A stretch of 64,000 bases of DNA. It comes from Eledone cirrhosa. Taxonomy: Eukaryota. Shown here piece by piece: positions 1 through 12,430 of this stretch. The first letter of the stretch is position 1, and each line of letters begins with the position of its first letter. The notes below the pieces were generated by a model, which ran no database searches, was not told where the DNA came from, and saw only the letters and a list, made by a program, of their open reading frames with translations. The stretch is taken from the NCBI GenBank assembly GCA_964016885.1, contig OZ024747.1, positions 63,860,001-63,924,000 on the forward strand, given 5' to 3'. Made by a program: the position numbers and the translations under genes.

Positions 1-466
1 TATGAAGTATGGTGGTTACTTCGACAATTAATTTTTCAAGGGCTTCAGACACTTTTCAAGGATTTGAAGATTTGTTCGGAGGTAGTTGTCCTTGAAATGG
101 TGGTCTGACTCAAGTGCTTGCAACAGAAGAGACAATGCTAAAGGCAACCAGAGGCCAGGAGGTGGTGTTAAACAGAGTGACAGATTAATGTTAACCCTCA
201 CTTGAGTCACAGTGGGATTTAAACTCCACACTCTGATACCATCAGTCCATCACCCTAGCAGAATAAATACAGCAAGGCATCATATCCCACACTTTGATAC
301 TGCCAGCCATCTATCATTGATTTCTATTTTGTTTATCAAACCTAAAACAATTAAAGACAATGTTGTCTTTAGCGAGATTTGAACTCAGTACGCCAACAGC
401 CTGAATAAATACCACAAGATTTTTTTATTTTACATTAATGCTTCGACATTAGTCATTTAATATACC

Positions 467-711
467 CAGGTTGGATTTAGACTTTGGGGCTGGGACACTT
501 CGGGTTTGGGGAGCCCCCTCATACACAAAAAATTAAAATACACAACAAACCCCTCCAATTTGACATATCAAAGTTAGCTTGGCACAAATAATTGGAATTG
601 AAAAGTTATACATACAGGTATTAAATTAGAAAATTCTAACCATCCTAAAACAAAACAATCCGCCACTGCAGGGGGCCCAGGGCAATTGCACTCCCATTAA
701 AACCAGCCCTG
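467..711 (+). mobile_element. hAT-type MITE, copy 1
   Basis: Imperfect CAGG(G)..CCCTG termini; 8-bp TSD AATATACC (459-466, 712-719); homologous to 5712 and 11573 copies. Confidence 0.8.
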
Positions 712-1299
712 AATATACCACACTACAGTTTCTGCCAACCATCTACCACCACCATTAAATTTAATATCATCATCATCATCATCATCGTTTAACGTCCATC
801 TTCCACAATCAACTAATTTTATTTTCCAAGAGGAAAAATAACATTAAAAAAAACAAAAAAAAATCAGCTGCTTTTTAATTGACTAGGATTTTAGTTTAGT
901 TTATTGATAAAATGGATAGAGTGATGGATAAAATACCTTGCAGTAAATAGTTGTGGTGTACCTTAAATTCTGAGTTCAAATCCTGCCAGATGTTGAATTT
1001 GTCTGTTAGTCTTCTGGGACTGATAAAGTAAAGTATCAGTAATGTAATGAAGATGATTTAAATGACCATACCTTCCTCTAAAATGAATGGCCTTGTGCCA
1101 ATGTTAGAAATCAGTATTATTGTAATTATTTTGGTATGTATAGAAGGAAATAATTCTAGACATGTTTCAGTCTTATTATCATCTCATCTGCAAAGCATAA
1201 ACCTCATAGTATTTGCTGAAATATTAATGGAAGAATCACTAAGTACATATAAAAAACTATACACTGGTTGGGTGGTAGAGAAAAAATTGAATCATTTAA

Positions 1300-1507
1300 C
1301 CCTTTAGCATTTAAACCAGCCGTATCTGGCCAGAATTCTCTCACTTCTCTCTATCAAACCAGCCATAACCGGCCACTCATACTGATGTTAAGGTATTGTT
1401 CTCGAAATAAATAACATCAAAATCTCGTAGATTTGATATTATGTGAGATAATTATGTGAGATAAAGCCTTTACTATGAAAATATATTTGTATGTAAATGC
1501 TAATGGG
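1300..1507 (+). mobile_element. piggyBac-like (TTAA) MITE
   Basis: TTAA|CCCTTTAGCATTT..AAATGCTAATGGG; same family as 2253, 5070, 17064, 52336. Confidence 0.75.
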
Positions 1508-1942
1508 TTTAAGCAGTATTTCTGAAATTTGGTTCTATGACATATGTTTTTAATATAATTTAATAAAAATTTATCATAAATACTTTTATACGAATAAATT
1601 CCCTTTCTAAAACAATTCATATCCATTCCTCACATTCTAATGTAGAAGTTATTGAACCATTCATTTTTAAAGTAAGAAGACAAGTTTATAGACCGTCTGC
1701 GCATCCATATGTGTGCGACATATCCATTCAAACAGCTTACTGTACTTTTACAAGCTAAAGACATGACAATTTAGTTCCCTACAGTACATGTCAACTAGGT
1801 TCTTGTTAAAATTTGCGTCATCTGAATAAGCGTAGACTCACACATTCACTTTGCTATGTAAGTTCTATCAAGTGTATGAGAAGACAGACACTGAAAATAT
1901 AACGAGTAGGAAAATATTGACAAGATAGGCAGAACTTCAAAT

Positions 1943-2048
1943 ATGTGGATTGTTATAAGCATGTTGCTGTTTTCAGTCACTTGGACTGAAGGCATCTTTT
2001 TTACAAAAGACAGAAGCCCTGATGAGATAGAAAAATCAGCCCAGAAAG
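1943..2048 (+). CDS. Stanniocalcin-like secreted protein, coding exon 1 (signal peptide)
   Basis: ATG at 1943 with A at -3 and an in-frame upstream TAG at 1907-1909. Translates MWIVISMLLFSVTWTEG-IFFTKDRSPDEIEKSAQK+G (hydrophobic core, small residues at -3/-1). Ends at AAG|GTAGGT donor, phase 1, matching the exon at 10515. Confidence 0.85.
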
Positions 2049-2252
2049 GTAGGTTTTATTTTATTTTTTTTAAATAGTAGTTTGCGACATATTCATTCCA
2101 TATATCTTTGTGATATAACAGCAATGTTAGTCTTAATTAATTAATGTATGTACCCATAACTCCTGCAGGAGTCAAAGGGCTGCTGTCATGATATATGACA
2201 TGGCGTGGGCATTTTTCAAATCTGGTGGAGTCCATTCTGTCTCCGTGTCTAA

Positions 2253-2471
2253 CCTATTAACATTTACATTATTCTATATTTACTATTGTATTTTCACAGT
2301 AAAGGCTTTTTCTCACATAATAATCTCACATAATATTGAATCTATAATTTTGATATTATTTATTTTGAGAACAATACCTTAACATTGGTATAAGTGGTTG
2401 GTTACAGCTGGTTTGAATAGAAAGAGATGAGAGAATTCTGACCAGAGATGGCCGGTTTAAATGCTAAAAAG
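2253..2471 (-). mobile_element. piggyBac-like MITE
   Basis: Reverse-orientation copy ending AAATGCTAAAAAG|TTAA. Confidence 0.7.
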
Positions 2472-3249
2472 TTAACATATGTACCCATAACTCCTGGGGA
2501 AGTCAAAGGGCTGCTGTCATGATATATGATGTGACTTGGGCATTTTAAAAATCTGGTGGAACCCATTGTATCCCCATGTCTAAACACAACATATTTACTC
2601 CAGTGAAGGAGAGAGAAAGAGGAAGTAAGAAAGAGATATAGAAGAATCAACCCCAATACTGGACTGACAGTTTTTTCATCAGCCTTGGAAGAATGAAAGG
2701 CAGTGTTGACTTCAGTAGGATTTGAACTCAGAGTACAGAAAGCTAGAATGAATACCATAAAACATTCTATCTGAGGTTCTAACAACTCTGCCAATTCACC
2801 ACCTCTAATTAATATATAACAAATCCATAATTGTTTCTACTTTAGGCACAAGGCCAGCAATTACCCAGTGCATTACTGCTACTTTGCCTAGAGCAGTGCT
2901 TAATATTTTTTGCTCCTGCTCCGTGACAACAGGCAAAAATAATTCATGTCTTCCCTCAGGGTAGAAAATATGTTTGGTATTAAATAAGATATCATTTAAA
3001 ATGATATCAAATTGTCCTCCTGTGGGATGTGTACACCATGTTGAGAACCTCTGGTTTAGAGTATAATAATAATTTCTTACATTAGTACAAAGTCATAGAT
3101 GTATATATGGGAGAAATATAGACCAGGGCTCATTCAACTATGGCCCAGCGACCACAGATATATTTATGGGTATGTATGTATATATATATATATATACAAA
3201 TATATTTATACATGCATACATGCATACATACATACAGACATATATATAT

Positions 3250-3294
<45 letters not shown>

Positions 3295-3312
3295 GTATAT
3301 ATATGTAATGTA

Positions 3313-3372
<60 letters not shown>

Positions 3373-3390
3373 GTATATATATGTAGTGTA

Positions 3391-3421
<31 letters not shown>

Positions 3422-3536
3422 TATATATGTGAGTGTTGTTTCCTTGAGCAAGACACTTTATTTCACATTGCTCCAGTTTACTCAGCTGTAGAAATGAGAT
3501 GATAGGGACTGGGGTCCCTATCAGACCCTGCGATAA

Positions 3537-3573
<37 letters not shown>

Positions 3574-3880
3574 CATGGCTTAGTGGTTAGAGCATTGGCC
3601 TTGCAATCGAAAGGTTGTGAGTTCAATTCTCAGACTGGCTGATGTGTTGTTTCCTTGAGCAAGACACTTTATTTCACATTGTTCCAGTTTATTCAGCTGT
3701 AGAAATGAGATGATAGGACTGGGGTCCCTATCATTCCACTGCAAAGTGGTCGTGGAGGTGCCACGGCAAAAAAGCACCCAGCCCACACTGTAAATGAGGT
3801 TGATGTTAGGGGCATCCAGCTGTAGAAATCAAGCCAGAAGCAGGGAAAAAGGGGACGTAAAATGATGATGATGATGATGA
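3574..3880 (+). mobile_element. tRNA-derived SINE family B (CORE-like middle, RTE-like tail)
   Basis: Head TGGCTTAGTGGTTAGAGC..GAGTTCAATTCTC, middle CCTTGAGCAAGACACTTTA, tail GGGCATCCAGCTGTAGAAA..GGACGTAAAA(TGA)n. Confidence 0.8.
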
Positions 3881-4244
3881 TATACAGTGGGACCTTGGTT
3901 TATGAACATGAAGGCCATTCATCAACTGAAATATTCGTAAACTGAAACTATTTTTCACATACAAAATGTTGAGAGAGAAATAAGGTGTGAGAGAGACTGT
4001 GTATGAAAGATAGATAGATATCACCATAGTAACTAACTACACTGTAGTTGGTGCCTTCCTGTCAATACTCCCAGCTTGTTTCCAACCATTGTTGCCAGCT
4101 TGCTTTTCATTACTCAAGACACCGTTCGTCAACTGAGAGGTTTTATGGTCTTAAAAATTATTCATGAACCAATTTGTTCATGATAAGTGCTATTCATGAA
4201 CCGAGGTTCCACTGTATATGTATATATACAAATATATATATATC

Positions 4245-4285
<41 letters not shown>

Positions 4286-4289
4286 GTAT

Positions 4290-4350
<61 letters not shown>

Positions 4351-4433
4351 AATATATATATGTATACAAATATATATATATATATATATATATACAAATA
4401 TATATATGTATACAAATATATATATATATATAT

Positions 4434-4477
<44 letters not shown>

Positions 4478-4509
4478 AGATCAAAAGATGGTTAAAGGAG
4501 TTCAATATA

Positions 4510-4576
4510 TTTTATTATGCGCATTTCAAAAACAAACATCATCAAACAATAATATTTGTGTTTTCATCAGATAAAA
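4510..4576 (-). ncRNA. Type I hammerhead ribozyme motif (palindromic stem III)
   Basis: Minus strand: stem I UUUUAU; CUGAUGA; 16-position stem II (15 paired incl. G-U); GAAA; UGCGCA; UA (AUA site); AUAAAA. Confidence 0.75.
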
Positions 4577-4732
4577 CAGGAGAACATGATATGAAGGCCA
4601 AAAAAAACACTTGTTGATAGTGCAGTTTTAAATCAACATAACATATTATGCATACTCCAGTCCCACAAACTGTAGAGTGCTTCTTATCCGATATCTGCAT
4701 TGCTTTATTGTACTACAATAAAACTCACCTCC

Positions 4733-4788
<56 letters not shown>

Positions 4789-5069
4789 TATGTATATATG
4801 CACACATATATATATATGCACACACACATACAACAGGCTCTAGTGTGTTTGATATAGAAAATATTTTAGCTTCTTGTTTGTTAAGTACTTTTCTTGGTTC
4901 TAAGGGAATATATTTTTGTTTTACTTGGACATAATTTTATTGTTCATCTTAATGGCAATATATATGGGCTTAATTGTTGTTGTTGTTTTACTGTTGTTTA
5001 ATCCCAAATCAGCTCTTAATTGATTAAACCTATGTTTCAAAAGCATGCCAGTGACCATTAGATCTTTAA

Positions 5070-5290
5070 CCCTTTAGCATTTTACCTGGTCATATCCGGC
5101 CAGAATTCTCTCACCTCTTTCTTTTCAAACTGGCTGTAATCAGCCACTCATACTTATGTTAAGGTATTATTCTCAAAATAAATAACATTAAAATCTCATA
5201 GATTCGATATTATGTGAGATAATTATGTAAGATAAAGTGTTTACTATGAAAATACAATAGTTTATATAGAGTAATTGAAATTCTAAAGGG
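5070..5290 (+). mobile_element. piggyBac-like MITE
   Basis: TTAA on both sides; CCCTTTAG..CTAAAGGG termini. Confidence 0.85.
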
Positions 5291-5428
5291 TTAAAAGATC
5301 TCAAGTATTTTATTATGGATAATAATATTTACAAAAGGAACAGGCGAATAAATGAAACAAATCAATAAAAATGAATATCTTCAGAAAGTCTAAAACACTG
5401 ATGGCATTATTATGGCAAAGCAAAGGTC

Positions 5429-5645
5429 GGTGGATTGGCAGTATCGGTAGAGCACAAAACACCCTGCTTTGCAGCATAGAGTTACAGCCCTTAACATTCT
5501 GAGTTCAAATAACGCCAAGGTTAACTTTGCCTTTCATCCTTACAGGGTGCATAATAAAGCACCAGTAATGCACTGGGGTCGATTTAATCAACGTTTCCCT
5601 CCCTTTCAAATTGTTGGTCTTGTGCCTAAAGTAGAATCAATTATT
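5429..5645 (+). mobile_element. tRNA-derived SINE family A (MetaSINE-like central domain)
   Basis: A-box TGGCAGTATCGG, B-box GAGTTCAAAT, core GCCTTTCATCCTTAC..ATAA..ACCAG, tail GGCCTTGTGCCTAAAGTAGAA..ATT. More than 15 full or partial copies in the window. Confidence 0.8.
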
Positions 5646-5711
5646 GTAACAAGGCTGAGGTGTGGGAGCAATCAAGCCCCTTCATCTTTTATTCAGAGTT
5701 ACTCTGTTTAG

Positions 5712-6018
5712 CAGGGTTGGATTTAGATCTTGGGGGGGCCCAGGGACTTCAGGTTTGGAAGGATCCTTCACACAAAAAATTTGAATACACAGCAAACCCC
5801 CAATTTTACATATCAAAGTTAGCTTGATGCAAGTAATTGGAATTGAAAATTTATACATATAGGTATTAAATAAAAAAATTCTAACCATCCTAAAATGAAA
5901 AAGTCAGCTGAGGGCACACATAAATTGCTACAGCCATCACTGGTGCCCCCCTCTCTTCTCCCCACTGCAGCAGGTCCTGTGCAGCTGCCCCCTTTGCTCC
6001 CCATTAAATCCGACCCTG
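5712..6018 (+). mobile_element. hAT-type MITE, copy 2
   Basis: TIR CAGGGTTGGATTTA / TAAATCCGACCCTG; 8-bp TSD CTGTTTAG (5704-5711, 6019-6026). Confidence 0.88.
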
Positions 6019-7312
6019 CTGTTTAGGACAATATTATCTAATATGTCCTTTTTTTAATAATGTTAACAGTGCAATTTGATGGACTTTTATTTGGCTGCTA
6101 TATTTGGTTTGTCAAGCAACTGCATAGAAGGTTCTTGGAATGCTTGTAGTATTTTATGCTGATTTTTAGAGTGAAATTTTAAGTTTGTTAAAATCTAATC
6201 GTTTTTTTTTTTTGGGGGGGGGGGTTAAAATACTGTATATAGTTATTTCTCTTACCTTTCTCCTTGAAGAAAAGGTATCATAAAATCAAACTTATCTACT
6301 CCTGTGTCCTAAATAATAGGGGGGCATGGAATAAGTGGTGGGGAGAAAATTGGTAATTTTTCTAGGTTGTCTCCATTGATTTAAAAAAAAACAGAATTAG
6401 TCATTTAGATTAAATATTGAGACCCCCAACCCATCCTATTTATTTTATAACACATGGGATTTCCAGTAATGTACTTTTTAGGGTCAAGTATAATGTTTTT
6501 GAATGTATAAAAAAAAATTGCTACTGGAATGCTACTACTTAAAGTAAAATTTCACTGGAGATAAATTAGCAACATTTAATAAGCAGGAGGTGGGGTGAAT
6601 GTGAAAAAATTAATAAGTGGGCGCGGAGGAGGGTTATTTGAAACCTGAGAGTACAGGACCTACACAACCTTATATGTGAATCAGATAGAGGTCCTGATAC
6701 TGAGCTAAAAATGTTGTATGCAAAATGAGGATGAGATTTCTCTGTTGGTGTGACTTATACACCAGCATTTATTGGTACATCTTACCATGTTTTTGGCTAT
6801 TGTTGTTGTTTAGTTTCAAATCAATACTGAGTAAATCTATGATTTAAGACATTCATTCCATGACCATCTTTCCCTACTGTCATGACATTCTTTACTCTAA
6901 AATCATCATCCATAGACACTATGCCTGTACCAGTGCAGTCTTCTTTCTTGCACACATCTGATTTTTCTTATACCCCAGTGTTTTTCTTCACTCATTTGTG
7001 CTTCGTCATTTCCTTATCTATACTTTTCCAACAATCCCCAAAATATTCCAATATTTATCCAAGAAACCCAGCAAATCTTCAATATAATTAATTGGTTCCA
7101 AATGTATTTAGATACATAAGTTGATTAACAAAAAGCCTTAACTTCATCATATAATATTACATGAATAAAATAATGTTCAGCATTAGATAAGAATTTTCTA
7201 AGTATTCTTATCTGTATTTTACATTACTGGATGTTAAAAAAGTAATTGACAAGACACGAAATTTAGTGAGAAAACCATTTTTCTTAAAATTTCTTGTGAA
7301 AATATGTTTTAA

Positions 7313-7745
7313 CCCTTTTGATACCAACCTTTCCCAAAAATGTTTTTGATTTTATAAAACTAAATCATTAAAGAGTTCCTATTTGAATTAAAATCTTTTA
7401 ACATAATTTGATATAAGAGCCTACTGATATGTTAAAATTCCATTTCAATATTGAAGTAAATAGTTTTTGTAAATCTCTCAGAAATGTTTCATAAATTGAT
7501 TGAAATATAGTGTACAGTAAGGAAAGGACTAACTAAATTGATAATTGTTTGGTAAGTTACCTAAAACTGCTATTGGTTTTGTGATAGAGAGTTGCTTATT
7601 TTATTTCAGAACCTCTGCTACAAACATAAATTAAATAAGGAGAAAATTTGTTATAATACTAAATCCCTCCAAATTGTTGATTGATTTCAAAATTAGTTCA
7701 AACACATTTGTAATACCTTTTATGAGAAATATAGTAAACAAAGGG
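7313..7745. mobile_element. piggyBac-like non-autonomous element (second family)
   Basis: TTAA|CCCTTT..AAAGGG|TTAA; related left ends (CCCTTTTGATACCAA) near 16348 and 60884. Confidence 0.55.
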
Positions 7746-8557
7746 TTAAATCGACTGGCCTTGTTCCTACTCTATAAACACCCATTATCTACCCAATTCA
7801 ATAACTATTAAAATCTTCTGTATAATCCTTGTGGAGATATGGAGATGCTTTATATCTCATGCCATCAAGTATGGAAAAAGTATCATCTATTGAGAAAAAA
7901 TGCAAATTTCTATGAATTTCAAATATGATAGGGATCATTAACAGCATGTAATATCTTCTGGAAGAAATGATATGGTATTAAATAAATGAATTGCTATTTA
8001 ATGTGGTTATATACTTCAATATTCAGTCCATTGCCTAAACATCTCAGTGCAATCATCAGTCAGAGGGAAACTTAGGTTTCTTCCCACATAAAACACTGAA
8101 CTATATGTTGTATGTATGAGGTTAGACTAAATGTGACAATAAATGGAGCTTCTAAGTTTCCAAATAAAGTGGAAGATGTTCATAATTGTATATTGATGAA
8201 TTCCTTCTCAAAAGCAATTGATATGGTGGATAATCAATATATATTATGATAAGTAAAGTGATAAAAATATCTAAATATTGGTTCTAAAAGTAATGAAAAT
8301 CTAATTTTTCACAATTTGCACAACATCCTCAAAAGTTGATCTGTTGAGAAATCTGTTGACAAAAAGAATTGCAATGGATGAAAATAAAAGTATTTTAATT
8401 ATAACATTTAAATTAACAAATAAATGAAAAGATCATTTTAACTACTCCTTTCTATCTTTAGAGAAATCATCCTTACGGGATCGATAAAATAAAGTACCAG
8501 TAATGCACTGGGTAATGCTGGCCTTGTGCCAAAAGTAGAAACAATTATTATATCTTT

Positions 8558-8776
8558 GGGATTGGCAGTATCGGTAGAGCGTCGAACACCCTGCTTTACA
8601 GCATGGAGTTACAGCTCTTTACGTTCTGATTCTAAATCCTGCCGAGGTTAAATTTGCCTTTCATCCTTACTGGGTTGATAAAATAACATACCAGTAATGC
8701 ACTGGGGTTGATTTAATCGACTTTTTCCTTCCCCAAAAAATTATTAGCCTTCTGCCTAAATCAGAAAGCGTTATTA
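8558..8776 (+). mobile_element. SINE family A
   Basis: Full copy, TSD TTATTATATCTTT. Confidence 0.8.
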
Positions 8777-9114
8777 TATCTTTCTTCCTATACTTTGGTA
8801 ATTTTAATTTAAAGCTAGTTATCATTTGGGTTGATACCTGTTACCTGTATATAATCATCAGAGCCATTTAATGTCTATTATCCATGCTTGCATGAGCTAG
8901 ACGAGTTGTCATTATGAGACTAGTCAGATCAGCTAACCACCTCTTACTCTTATGGAACTGTTTTTGGCTTGGTTTCTATGGTTGGATGCCATTCCTAATA
9001 CCAACCAGATTAAAGCATGAACTGGGTGATTTCTATCATGGCACCAAAATGACAGTCTGATAGGTTAGACTGGGCTGGAAAAATGAAAGTTGGAAGGTTG
9101 GAAAAGAAAAGGAG

Positions 9115-9165
<51 letters not shown>

Positions 9166-9194
9166 AATGTAATCTAAGTTTTTTGAATATTAAT

Positions 9195-9375
9195 AATTAT
9201 TTCTACTTTTGGCACAAGGCCAGCATTTAACCCAGTGTATTACTGGTACTTTATGTTATCGACCCCCGTAAGGATGAAAGGCAAAGTTAACCTCGGCGGG
9301 ATTTGAACTCAGTCCATAAAGGGACGTAACTATGCTGGAAAGCATAGCGTCCGACCCTCTACCGATACTGCCAAT
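9195..9375 (-). mobile_element. SINE family A
   Basis: Reverse copy. Confidence 0.8.
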
Positions 9376-9566
9376 AATAATATTCGATTTGTTTGCAATT
9401 ATGCAAACAGCCTCATTTGTAAAGTCATGGCAGTAGAATGAGCCCCTCATTCTTGCTCTTGTGTTGGCATGTAAACACAAGAGCAAGAATGAGGAGCTCA
9501 TTCTACTGTCATGGCTTTACAAATGAGTCTGTTTGCATAATTGCAAACGAATTAAATATTATTATT
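9373..9566. mobile_element. Fold-back/MITE-like palindrome
   Basis: ~90-bp imperfect arms with a short loop; ends AATAATATTCGATT..AAACAGCCTCATT shared with 21331-21484. Confidence 0.65.
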
Positions 9567-9939
9567 AATATTAGAAAAGTTCAGATTACATTTATTGTAT
9601 TCAGTCAGTAGAGCGATAATTTATATATATATATAGATATGTTTCTTTATTAGCCACAGGGGCACAAAAGAAGGGGACAAATACAAAGGGGGAAGTTTAC
9701 ATACAATAAAAACGTGTAAAATATTATCACAAATGCAATTTAAAAAATTAGTCGATTTTCCCCAATAGGGGGAGACAGTTCATATGGGTAACACATACCC
9801 CCGAAAAAATGTGCAACCCTCATCTCCAGAAGTACGAAGAGTTTGTACTCTTTTCCTCTCCTCCTCCTTTTCCTCAACCTACAGGCTGATATAGAGAGAA
9901 GGCCCATTTACTCGGGCCATTCTCGCCACTTTCACCCAC

Positions 9940-10014
<75 letters not shown>

Positions 10015-10123
10015 CGATAGACAGATAGATAGGGAGTGTAAAGTGAAGTTACTGTAGGTTCACCCAGGTAAGCACTCAATGTTTAGATTCATGTCTGATT
10101 CATTCTGTCATTACAACAGCAGA

Positions 10124-10208
10124 GGTCTGATGAGCTTTTGATTCCAGAGTTGGGCCAGATCGATACAGGTCGAACCTTGAACTGATCGATAGTGAAACCT
10201 CTGTCACC
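10124..10208 (+). ncRNA. Type I hammerhead ribozyme motif with long stem II
   Basis: GGU; CUGAUGA (10127-10133); stem II GCUUUUGAU..AUCGAUAGU; GAAA (10194-10197); C-CUCU-G; UC (GUC site); ACC; followed by AATAAA. Stem I is only 3 bp. Confidence 0.55.
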
Positions 10209-10259
10209 AATCAATAAACCTGATGAAGGCATAACAAATTGTCCTTGTATTATATATAT

Positions 10260-10306
<47 letters not shown>

Positions 10307-10325
10307 TATATATATATATATATAT

Positions 10326-10444
<119 letters not shown>

Positions 10445-10514
10445 TACAAATATATCATCATCATCACCATCACTTTCTCTGCTTGCTATTCTCCAATTTT
10501 TTTTTTATTTGCAG

Positions 10515-10675
10515 GAATTGACAGTAAATGTCTGTTAAAAAGTGCCACAGGTGACTGCACCTATTACACCTGCATCAATGATCGTTATCCATGTGGCAGC
10601 GAGGGTTTTGCAATAAGATTTGGTCTATATTACTGCATGAGGATACGCAATAAAATTAACAGTTTAAATCCTGCG
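10515..10675 (+). CDS. Stanniocalcin-like protein, coding exon 2 (Cys1-5)
   Basis: Polypyrimidine tract + TTGCAG acceptor. 161 nt open: (G)[53 protein letters not shown]. Donor GCG|GTTAGT, phase 0. Confidence 0.92.
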
Positions 10676-11572
10676 GTTAGTAAAACCAGTCATTTTTTTC
10701 CATCATTTTTTATTTCCTTATTTATTTTACATCCATCCATCTGCATGTTGTTGTTGTTGTTGTTTATTCCATTCTAGTCAAAACTGGCTCTGGTGTTATG
10801 AAACAAAACCATCCATAACTAACAAACACTTTCTATTGCACCCCATCTTTCCGTCCCGAGAACTATTACTTATTTTATTTCTGGCATTCAAATGGCAGTG
10901 TGCATTCTCTGTACCTGGGAATCCCTTGTAATCAACATCAACTGGAAATAGCAACACTTACCATCCTTTCTCTTTTCACTCTTACACATGGTATTGTATT
11001 TGGCATTCTTTAGTGTAAAAGGCATGGCTTTGCACTTTTTCCCACAAGACTGCGAGTGCAATCAGTTTTAACATTTTTATCTTTTCAGACCACAGAACCA
11101 CATCTAGCCTCAGAGGTATTTCGGCAACCTGGGAAAACAGTAGCTTTTCTCCTAGGTCAACTCTCATATCCCACAATAGAGCCATTTGCAGTAGGTCATA
11201 CTATGATAGACTCTGGTAGATGGCTTCTCTCTCTCTCTTTCACAAACTTGATAGATTGCATTGGTTTTCTCTGTGTACTCCTGTACTCCTTGTGTCTCTC
11301 TTGGTACAGAATATTGGCAAGTGCCATGAATACAGTGTCATGGTGCTATCTACATCTCCCTTGGGCAAGTATTGTTTTACATCCTGATAGAATGTGCACT
11401 ATGGTGCCTCTCTTTCCACAGAGCTTACATGACTCATCCTCCCTCGTATCGCACCTGTGCAAATTTGTTGGAGTCAGTAGTGTGTCATATATCACTCACA
11501 ACAGAAAAGCTTCCAATCTTCATAGATCTTCCAAAGTGATTTTCCTCTTTGGGAAGTTCGATTTGATCCAGG

Positions 11573-11866
11573 CAGGGCCCGATTTAATTGGGGGGAAAAG
11601 GAAGTTAATACCTCAAGTCCCCTGCAGTGTGTGTGGGGGGGGGGGGGGCATCAGCGATGGCCATACCAATTCATTTGTGCCCCCTACCAGCTTTTTAGTT
11701 TTAGTATGGTAAGAATTTTTTCATTTAATGCCTGTGTTAATAACTTTTAAATTCCAATTACTTGCGGCAAGCTAACTTTGATATGTAAAATTGGGGAGTT
11801 TGCTGTGTATTCTAATTTTTTTGTGTATAAGTGTCTTGGGCCCCCGAAGGTCTAAATCCAACCCTG
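11573..11866 (-). mobile_element. hAT-type MITE, copy 3, inserted in a LINE remnant
   Basis: Same TIRs; 8-bp TSD GATCCAGG (11565-11572, 11867-11874). Confidence 0.85.
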
Positions 11867-12055
11867 GATCCAGGTTTCCCTAAGTTACTAGTTCTTCAGA
11901 CCATGATTCTTGTACTTCCTCCTGGATCATAGATTTCTTCTCCTTTTTGTCTACCTTTTCCCAGAAATTGAAATAGAATGTTCTGCGATGTTCTCTTCCT
12001 TTGCATATTAATCCAATGATGTCTCGTACTTTCAGCATATTTTTTGCTTATATGT

Positions 12056-12430
12056 CATCATCATCATCATCGTTTAACGTCCATCTTCCACGCTTGCATG
12101 GGTTTGGATGGGAATTTACCTACTTGAGGCAAGATTGGTTGTCTTGCTCGTATAGGACTGTCTGGCGAGTTTTCTACGGCTAGATGCCCTTCCTAACACC
12201 AACCACGTTTACAATGTGGACTGGGAGGTTTTTACCATGTTACCTACATGGCCACATTACAGTGTGGACTGTGTGTTTTTTTGTTGTGACACCTACACGA
12301 CCTCATTTATTTAGGAATGGATGTTGTGGTACCAACATAACTTTACATCGAAAGGGGTGGTGTGGATGGGGTGGGGGTAGTGGGACGGCGGGTGTATTTT
12401 TGTTAAGAGGTGCCTACTGACTGTAGGTTT
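12056..12430 (-). mobile_element. Retroposon family C (shares the RTE-like tail)
   Basis: Highly similar to 44820-45175(+) and 51730-52110(-); (GAT)n tail. Confidence 0.7.

Noticed and set aside
2018-2048. CTGATGA in exon 1, and similar words at ~10220, ~27175 and ~39024
   Set aside because: No GAAA directly closing a stem II and no stem I/III; chance matches or fragments.
3574-3640. tRNA gene (A/B boxes, GCA anticodon-like loop)
   Set aside because: It is the head of a multi-copy SINE, with no complete acceptor stem or Pol III terminator.
11056-11712. 218-aa ORF
   Set aside because: Appears to be the antisense frame of a decayed LINE-like segment running into a hAT MITE; no recognisable domain.
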